DNA of 64,000 nt from Phoronis australis (lineage: Eukaryota; Animalia; Phoronida). The position numbers and the translations under genes are program-made. Position 1 is the first letter of the stretch. Each line of letters begins with the position of its first letter. Of the stretch, positions 55,300 to 64,000 are shown piece after piece. Under the pieces are notes generated by a model. It ran no database searches, had not been told where the DNA came from, and saw nothing but the letters and a program-made list of their open reading frames with translations. The stretch is from the NCBI GenBank assembly GCA_002633005.1, contig NMRA01000041.1, forward strand, positions 1,183,294-1,247,293. Direction: 5' to 3'.

Positions 55300-56348
55300 T
55301 TACCTGGTTTTGTTGCGATAAAAATATTTAAACTTTTTCCCAAGGAGTTCCAAGAAAATTATTTCTTTTGAGAATCGTACATGAAAGTTTGCACGTGTTC
55401 CATTCATGAATGGGATGAACTTTCGGAAGGATTTGACTTCTGGTGTGCCCCCTAGTGACAACGTTACTTTTTTACGTTTACCTCTGTATCTTCAAAGGAC
55501 CGCAACGAGTTTTAATAAAATTTGGCACACAGGCATTTATTGGCTAGATGACGCTATCTTTCGGTGTTTTGATTGATTCTAGGTATTTTGCGCCACCTAG
55601 TGACCATTTTTCACTGTTTTCGAGTCGTTTTTTGGTGTCCGCCCCTCTGTCAACCGAAATGCTCTAAGGATGATTTTAAAAATTGGTATGTTCTTACTAT
55701 GAAGAGGAAGGCTGGTGATCATTTTCCAACGACTGTGACTACTGTGGCTCTTCCTAGTGGCAGTTTTTTTTGCCCCCATGGCTATATCTCGTAAACACTC
55801 TACAGAATCTTTATTAAATTAAGCAAGTGTATTTATATAAAGTTGACAACGGACGACGACGACGTTCGGAAGTATCTGAGTACTGTTGTGCTCCCTAGTG
55901 GCAATTTTAGATTTTTACGTTTACCCCTGTATCTTCAAAGGTCCTCCAGGAATTTCATAAAATTTGGAATATAGGCAATATATTGGTGGGATGACGCTAT
56001 CCTCCCGTTTTCGGATGGATTCGAGGTATTTTGTGCAACCTAGTGGCCAGTTTTGCGTTTTTCGGGCGTCCGCCCCTCCGCATCAACTAAACCGTTCTCA
56101 GGATGATTGTGAAAATTGCCATATATTATCTCTGTGGAATGAGTACAGTTGACGATGAGGATCTTGACTACTGTGGCGCCTCCTGGTGGCAGTTTGTTTT
56201 TTGCGCTCATAACTATTTTCGTTTTCGGAGGGTTCGACGTATTTTGCGCCCTCTAGTGGCCATTTTTATGATACAAGCAAACTCCTCTAGAAGCACCCCA
56301 TTTGCGGTGTATTCGTAGGCGCATTTCAACGCTCCGCGTTGCTCTTGT
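55300..56348 (+). mobile_element. Helentron/HINE(DINE-1, pearl)-like non-autonomous element with tandem ~145-bp core repeats
   Basis: Core repeats in a ~443-bp higher-order unit (55469-55628 vs 55912-56068); 3' end stem-loop CAACGC-TCC-GCGTTG followed by CTCTTGT. The 5' boundary is uncertain. Confidence 0.65.
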
Positions 56349-56583
56349 GTCAATAGAGGATGGGTACTTGACAATTCATGGCTTTGAGATAATGGTTGCA
56401 CTGAGCCGATTCGGCCGTGTCAAGCGGCTAAGACATGTGATTTGGCTGGTTATACGAAAGTTGTCATCGAGAACTTGTCACATATTTTAGCCAATTGACC
56501 CGGCTGAACCGACGAAGTGAGTCAAATGCAGCCAATGTCAAACTATTTTTTTGTAATTTCGCTATGGTAATTTCTCTTTTAAG

Positions 56584-57488
56584 GATACGGCTTCAGCACT
56601 CCAAGAACATACGGCGGCAAAATCTTCTGCATGGCCTACGCCCTCGCTGGTATCCCCATCAATCTGGTGATGTTCCAGAGTATCGGTGAACGACTGAATA
56701 CCTTTATAACTTTCGTACTGAAAAACATAAAAAAATGTTTGAAGATGAAAAAGACTGATGTGTCACAGACAAATTTAATCATAGTCGTCCTCCATTTGTG
56801 TATGATTGTGTTATTTACTGGAGCAGCTGCTTTTAATACCTACGAAAAGAATTGGGACTTTTTAACTTCGTTGTATTACTGCTTCATCACAGTTACTACG
56901 ATAGGATTTGGTGATTATGTGGCGCTGCAGTCGGAGGGAGCTCTGCAACAGAAACCCCATTACGTAGCATTCAGTCTTATCTTCATTCTCATTGGTTTGG
57001 CAATTTTTGCCGCCGCTACCAATCTTCTCGTTCTCCGCTTCATGACGATGAACGGTGACGAGGCAGACCGGAAGGAAGAACTCGAGAATATCCTGAATGC
57101 CGCCCAAATGTCGGAAACTGACATTATACCGGCAAACACTCCCATACCACATCAAGCCAATGGTTGTGTAACTACAGGAAAGGGGTACGGGAACCATAAC
57201 TCAGTCCCCCATGAGAATCACAAACTTTTGATGACCGAGTTTGTGGATGACGTAGATCAGCATTCCGTTTGTTCTTGTTCGTGTTATTCCTTAAGGGGGC
57301 GCAATGCATACAAGAACAAGCATTACTCAGCGACGAGACCGCCCGGGAACATTGATCATTTACTGCCCAATGACGTGGCTTACGATCCAACTCCCGTTCA
57401 CGTGATTCAACGAGACGAAGATTTGCACTCGGAAGAAGAATTCAATACAATGATGGAGCATTTACAACAAAAAAGAGCGTCCGTGTGA
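56584..57488 (+). CDS. sup-9: TASK-subfamily K2P channel gene B, coding exon 2 (rest of P1, M2, M3, P2, M4, C-tail); full protein 395 aa
   Basis: After AG| reads (G)YGFSTPRTYGGKIFC, in frame with the 285-aa ORF: GIPINLVMFQSIGERLN, YYCFITVTTIGFGDYVALQ, NLLVLRFMTMN, SVCSCSCY, C-terminal KRASV*. 283+905 = 1188 nt = 396 codons. Confidence 0.97.
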
Positions 57489-58848
57489 AGAACTCTTTTA
57501 AATTTGTTAGCACCTCTGTTTTCGAGATGTAGTTATTGACTGGTTCCTTGTTGCTGAACAACAGTTCTCAATTCTTCTTAAAAATTGTACGAGATTTTCG
57601 GTAACATCACTTCATTTGATATGAAGTGCATGAGAGCAACTAATCAGGCAGTGTTCCGGGACACTATATTCGGTGCAGTTCCTGCATTACAGTTGATGGG
57701 TACTCGTCCTGCTTGAAGATGTTGGCATGGAAAGCACGACTGTTGAAACATGTAATAAACAGGGGTGCGCATCCGCGTTACTGAGTTTTTGATACTTTTC
57801 ATGCTTAATTATTACATAATCGGTCACTCTTCGCAGAACAGTACGTGAGGGACACAAGGCGTGAGTTTGAGAAGGTGTGAGCCTGACACATTAATGATTT
57901 AAGAAGTGAATTATGATTACTGTAGGTAGACTTCGGGTACGCGTATGTCACTTGTCTGTAAGCAAATCACACGTCAAGTGGAATTCGCCAGGGAGATATT
58001 GATAACTTCAATTTGAGGTCGCCATTTCAATTGTACTCTGATTCAAAAGTACATTTCAACTCAAAAAAGCATTGCATATTAAACTAATTTCCAAAATATT
58101 TTCCATAAACTAAAAAAGATTCTATAAAATGCTGTATCAATATTGATAGAATGGTGAGAGTTCTGGACGTCTGACAATTGGTAACTAATGATGAGTGTTA
58201 AAGTCAAATACTTAAAATTATATTTTCGACAACTGAATTTAGTTACATAAATTAGGTAGGTCTGAAAAACTCCGAATTAACCCCAATGTTTGCTTGAGTG
58301 CACTTAATACTGTTCTTTATTTTAATACGAAAATCCGTATGTTGGCCCAGCACAGCGTATACATGTAGCTGCTATAGACTGTGAATTGTGAATTGATCGG
58401 GACTGCCATACGAGTAAGGTGCTATTGGCAAGTTTGAACACTGCATGTTTTGAATACTGCATGTTTCGTGTAACCAAACCGTAGTTCGCTCACTGTCTCT
58501 CGCTCAGCGTGACGAGGTTCTTGGTTTGTTAGATGCTGAAAAGATGCTGTGTTACACACAGATTCACGTTTGAAGTGAATTAAAGGACTATAATCAGGTT
58601 TGTGAAACTACAGCAAGAGACAGGTGGCACAGGAGATGATCTGAGAACAGGTAAATGTATTATAGACAAGACAGTTTCAGATCAAATCACAGATCGACTA
58701 ATTTGAGTCATTACAACCAGTAGACAATTTGCTACGACTAGTAGAGATCCGAGTATAACCGATATTCTTGGAAAACCAAGAAAAGTGACGGCAATACATG
58801 TCAAATTTTGTTCACTGCATTAAATTATTATTGTTATTGTGAAATGGG

Positions 58849-58854
58849 AATAAA
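58849..58854 (+). terminator. Candidate polyadenylation signal of gene B (alternative AATAAA at 57754)
   Basis: AATAAA about 1.36 kb after the stop, in an AU-rich context followed by T/GT-rich sequence. Confidence 0.35.
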
Positions 58855-60189
58855 ATTTGTATTTATTTTTGAAAGTTGAAAAATAGAGGTGAGTAAAACT
58901 ATGCAATTCTGTTTTTTTTTGTAATGTTTATTACGAAATCTTCAATACAATGAATATACATACATGTAACCCAGAAAGCGCAAAGAGGGATTATATCTGG
59001 GTTAAAAAAGTACAAAGAAATCTCTATTCAATTATTTTACACAAATACATAAATTAAAAAACTGTTGCTAAGATTACAATGACATATGATTACGAAAGTA
59101 AATAAATCATTTTCATACGCATTTATACAATTCTATCCACTCACACAAAGAGATTTAATATTATAAAGAAATTTTGATACTATTTCGAATAAAACCTTAT
59201 TTTCATTTGGGTTGAGTTCTTGTCTTCCATATCTAAAAAAAATTAATTTTGTTGTACACTTGCGGAATTTCAGAATATTTTTTATAAATATTGGGGTATT
59301 GTTCGAGTGTCTGGAAAAGCTGTACCCTCTGCTCCTTGCATACCTCACAAGCAAAGAAAACATGGACGTAGCGTAACTAAACAATTTACGTGCACCTTGA
59401 GTATATCGGATTTTTTAGCGTTTTGGCATTTGTCTTCTTTTGATGCTCCGTGTTTGCTTTGAAACAAGTAAAAAATGTAGGGGTTCACTTATTAGGTTTT
59501 TAAGTTTGTTTTAACTGAAATGGAGTCACATAAGAAATCGCTCCACTATTACGATCACCGTTGCACCGATGTATTTCACCAGGTGACGATTATGTTATTT
59601 TTTTGGGTTGTGAAACAATTCGTGTTTACGTGAACATACTAAAATGAGAATTTTTTTCTTTATTGGGTTCAAATTTGCCGGTTTAACTCTAATTTAAAAC
59701 AAATAAATTTTACACCTGCGACTGTGTCTATTTTCATGCTCAGTATGACGTCATTATGAAATTTAATGGCGCGCGCTCTCATTTATGCTTAGGGAAATAA
59801 ATCATATTGGATAAAAGAAACGAGCATGAAAATCATCAGTGCCCAATTCCATATTAGTTGAGATGAGCACAATTGTATTGTCTCTTGGATGATGTCCTAA
59901 CTGTCGGCAAAGGACACTGCCGTAGCTCTAGTTTTTGAAGAAAGCACTCTCGTCTTAGCTCAGTCAATTTAGAATCAACATTTTCGAATTAAGTAACGTA
60001 GGCTCTAATCTATGTACTTTAAAGCGAACTCAAATTAAAATCTTTGACATTTTCCGTTCTGCGTTGGTATATAGATGTACTCAAGGTAAGTGTCAATTAC
60101 TCTGTGCTTATGGTTTACCTGGATGACTTTCTAATCCTAGCGTGCAGTTGGTGCCACCAACATTAAGGCTACACATGTAAGTTCCATTC

Positions 60190-60420
60190 TGAACTCGAAA
60201 TCTCGAGTTTTTACTTAAATTTAGAGTGTTTAGTCGAGATTGTGACTCAAACATACGAGGCATTAAGTTCGAGCATGAACTAGACACTTATCTGGCGTAA
60301 ACCATAATTTATTCCAAGACAATATTGGACATTAGCTGAATCTCGAGTTTGCGCTGAAGCAGAATCTACAAAGAAGCAATTTCGAGCTCGATTTCGCTTG
60401 CTAAGATAAGACACATGGTC
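60190..60420 (+). mobile_element. Degenerate relative of the Harbinger MITE at 14613-15013 (right half)
   Basis: AACTCGAAAT.TCGAGTT, TCGAGCAT...TAGACACTTATCT and AATTTCGAG.TC.ATTTCG occur in the same order as in 14805-15013. Confidence 0.55.
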
Positions 60421-61625
60421 TTGTTCTCAGAAATAAACTGTTTTGTAAACGTCGTAAAACAAGGGTTATTTTGTTGCAAACTGTGTTGAACCTCCGTCCA
60501 AGAGCTATTCCACAGTGTGTTACAAGAAAAAAATATTCGCGTAATCGAGTATCAGTTCCATTTGCTAGCCATGTAGATTCTACAATTTTTGTCCACTTAT
60601 TGCGAAGACACGACAGTCTCCTTATGAACAGAGTTTTGTGGAAATAACACTCGCAATATCGTGTGCGTACATGACATGCGCGCACCCAGCCTACAAAATG
60701 GGGGGCTCGAACTTTTGAGAATGTGGACCTTTTACTAAGATTCACGGGGAACATCCAGAACTATGAATTGTGCATTCGCCGAACTTTGGTAATTCTTGCC
60801 TTTTTAGTGAACTTTTGTCTCGTTTTCTACTTTTTTCGGAGTTTCTGTTTCTCTGAGGCGAACCTTTTTGCCCAAATTGGGAAGGCTCATTGGAGCTCCC
60901 CGAGCCCCCCCCCACTGGGTCCGCGCATGCAGGATGAGACAAATACTGTACACTCACCCCTTTAAATTGAACGAACAGCGTGAAACGTTGAAGCATAACC
61001 ACTGCCCTGATAAGTCTCGTGTTCATCAATGCTACTGGCTTTTTGAAACCATTTGCAATATTTTTATGTTCACACAAAATACATGTGGATTATAAAGAAG
61101 TTGAGCTAAAATTAATGTAATAAAACAACCTTGTTCTGACCAGACTTAAACTATTACAGAATAATGAAATTTCACGAGTAGTCTGATTCAATAAATTCCG
61201 TACTGATCTTGCTGTGCTTGTATTCCATGATGGAGAATATATTCGTTATAGCAGGCAAAAAAAGATGTTTTTCCTGGAAAAGCACGCAACGTTACACCAA
61301 CGGTATTTTTGGAAGATGGCTTGTATGTTTCTATAGGAGTTGCTCTTAGCGTTTGAATAAAAACTGTCATCAGGGTGCGATCATGTGCTCGTATGGACGC
61401 ATACGACTGTAAGAGATAAGACATGTGGTTGGATATGTTAATCTCTGGTTTCCGAATCCACGAACTCTTGGGGGTATCAACTGAAGCGTTTTCGATTGCA
61501 TGACATTTTGTGTGTGTGTAACTAGAGAAAGTACTAGTTATTGAGAAAGCACGTATGACACCTAACTACATGCACTTATGTACAAGACCCTTTTCCGTGC
61601 ATGCACAGCCAACAGGTTTCATTTC

Positions 61626-61860
61626 GCAAGCAGTTTATCCCGTTCAATCCGCCATCTTTTTGGTCACATCACGTGTCCTAATGAATATAAGTCCGAAAAG
61701 ATTCCTGCCCCAGACCGGGACTGGAACCCAGGACCTACAGCTCATCGTGCAGACGCTTCGGACTTATATTCATTAGGTCACGTGATGTGACCAAAAAGAT
61801 GGCGGATGGAACGGGATACACTGCTTGCAACATATTCTACGCCTCACTGAATAAGATATA
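61626..61860. mobile_element. Rearranged copy of the tRNA-derived SINE forming a 72-bp-arm inverted repeat
   Basis: Arms 61626-61697 and 61757-61828 match at 69/72; the 59-bp spacer is the reverse complement of the tRNA-like head; homology to the 35492 copy continues to 61860. Confidence 0.85.
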
Positions 61861-63089
61861 TTTATACAGATTTCATTTCGTCGAGCGTTTAAAATAAATG
61901 TGTGCCTTTGTGAGTTTAAATTAGTATGTTTATGCCACTGCCCCATGAATGTGACTCTTGGTAAAGAAGGAACCGTATGCTGTTTCCGCAGTTCTGAACT
62001 CCAGAAAATAAATCATTCTAAGTCATTTGTTGAGGCAACTGTCGAACGGCGAGGCAACTAACATCTTCAGTGTGTTATGAGTTTATTCACGATTATTTTA
62101 GTTTCTTGTTTTTTCTTTGATAATCAATTTGCGAAACTCAACTGGTTAGTGTAAACTTTTTATCTGGCAGCAATCAACACGTTGTTCATTCCTTCTTTTG
62201 GTTTGTCATTTTCAAGAAAGGTTTAAACTCTGAGAAACCATTTGGGGACCCAGAAAGAGACAAGTGCGAAGTGTCCTAACTATTTGGTTAAAGCTGATAC
62301 GTGCGAAAGAAGATCTCATTGACAAAATAGTATATTGAGCAAAGCACACGTCCTACAACACAAGACAGAGCCCAGTATTCACTAACACTGGGCACATATA
62401 ACTCGTTTTTGTTCGAGAAAATGCACATGGGAATATGTACAGTACGCAAACCAGTGATTGATAAATCGCTCCGATTAGGTCCCTATCGGCAAACAACCTG
62501 CTTTGCGCTGGAGCATGATACATTGTACAAATATCAAACGGTTTTGTGCAATACTGAAAAGTGAACTCTATAAACAACATTTTGAGATCCAGTCCCGTCA
62601 ATGGATCCTCAGTACTCATAGGTACATGTTGTAGAACCGCCCCGGATTTCACAGCAATACTCCAATCTCGTAGTATTTACCCGCAAACTGAGCCGCAATA
62701 TCCGTGTAGCATTTTGTAACCTCGTTTTCGCGCCATTGGAGATTCACATGTCCTTTGTTGTTGTCGTATTTTTTATAAGCTTTTGCTCCGTGACTCTATT
62801 AGTAATTACAATTCAAACAAAGTATTACTGGTGTGTTGCGGGCTGCACCTACCGACGGCAGAAAAATGGATTAAGTTGACAAATAACCGTGTTAAATTCT
62901 TCGCCTTCCAGCATCATGTGTGGATAAAGCAAGTTCGTAGGGTTAGTTTTGAACGGAACGGAATATCCTTTCTTGAAAATAAGTTTTCAATTCCCGTAAT
63001 TTAAACGACTGAAGTCAGGAATATTTCCACGGCCTTTCACCACGACGGTTTCTGACATGACCCACGAAATGATGTTTTCGCGTGTTGAA

Positions 63090-63650
63090 ATGTTCAACGC
63101 GCACTGTTGCTTAATCAACACTTAGTATTGCTTATTCATCGCGCTTAATTAGTTCAACGCTCTGAATTGGTTCTTAAACGATTATCTTCTGTTCTTATTT
63201 CAAGCACATTTTTACTTAATCAATGCGTAGATTCGCTTAATCAACTCGCTTAGTTGGTTATTCCTTATATCCATTCTAAGCCAAGTTGACAGTAAGTAAG
63301 TACCGCCGCGAGGAGGCAGCACAGATGAAACATGGCCGTGGTGGAAACTGGTGTTGCATGCATAAGGAATTTTTTCCCCATTTTGAGATTTGAGACCACG
63401 TACGTGATTGCACAACTGAGTTAATTCAAAGTTCGCCTTGAATAAGGAATAGTACGCGTTGAATAAGGAATAGTACGCGTTGAATAAGGAATAGTACGCG
63501 TTGAATAAGCAATAGTACGCGTTGAATAAGCAATTCTGCGCGTTGTATAATAACAAATAATAATTAGTTTAAGACTAAAGAACCATTTCAGCTTGTTGAG
63601 TATCTGACACTATGCGTTCGTTAATAAAATGCGCGTTGAATAAGCAGACT
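63090..63650. repeat. Foldback-like element with 21-bp subunits; fresh tandem array TTGAATAAGGAATAGTACGCG x5 at 63438-63542
   Basis: Right-arm units GCGTTGAATAAG(G/C) are mirrored by degenerate left-arm units (G/A)CTTA(A/T)TCAA..C at 63093-63250. Confidence 0.75.
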
Positions 63651-64000
63651 TCAAGGCGCAGAAAGACACGCCTTTAAGAACCATTTGGCGCTTCCTACCC
63701 GACAATCCCCGGAAACTAGTAGGCAAACTAAACAACGCGATTTCTTATCTCCGAGACAAGGGAGACTTCTATCGCAGTGAAATCCGGGGCGGTCTTATTC
63801 TCACTTGTTCATATTCACAGAGAGGTAGTCGTTTTAGTCTGGTACCTTTTTAAATCGTCTTAATACAGTTCTGAGATTAACTATCAAACTGCTGGTTACC
63901 TATGGATATTACTCGCCATTGTATGAAATATTGTCATCAGTAACAGTTGAATGTCGTTGTGAAGTATAGTAAGAAATAAAATTGACAATTATGTACTAAT

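Larger units (their letters stand above)
54539..56583 (+). other. GT-AG intron of gene B (2045 nt)
   Basis: GTAAGT donor; TTTCTCTTTTAAG acceptor. Splicing restores the GYG selectivity filter in frame. Confidence 0.93.

Noticed and set aside
56862-57390. Antisense ORFs overlapping gene B exon 2 (also 54054-54446 over exon 1)
   Set aside because: Shadow ORFs of a real coding sequence with no recognisable motifs.

Overview
Eukaryotic (metazoan, probably marine invertebrate/lophotrochozoan-like; GC roughly 40% by eye) genomic DNA, not prokaryotic. The only convincing protein-coding content is a pair of paralogous TASK-subfamily two-pore K+ channel genes (KCNK3/KCNK9/sup-9-like), transcribed divergently with start codons about 43 kb apart. 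Gene A (minus strand) shows only coding exon 1 (10659-10941); its exon 2 appears to lie beyond the left edge. Gene B (plus strand) is complete in two coding exons (54256-54538 + 56584-57488, 395 aa). Spliced gene B reads TTIGYGF instead of TTIGYGH, so it lacks the His98 proton sensor while keeping VLRFMT, L159 and a C-terminal 14-3-3-type motif. The rest is a patchwork of non-autonomous DNA transposons (Harbinger-, Kolobok-, hAT-, CMC-, foldback/MuDR- and Helentron-like), tRNA-derived SINE copies, a decayed hAT transposase and microsatellites. Best leads: the candidate acid-insensitive TASK paralog; a Helentron-like intronic element carrying seven co-oriented CTCF-like motifs at about 145-bp spacing; and a SINE copy rearranged into a near-perfect 72-bp-arm hairpin with twin-priming-like architecture. 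Almost all other ORFs in the track look spurious. All alignments were done by eye and repeat boundaries are approximate unless termini are quoted.
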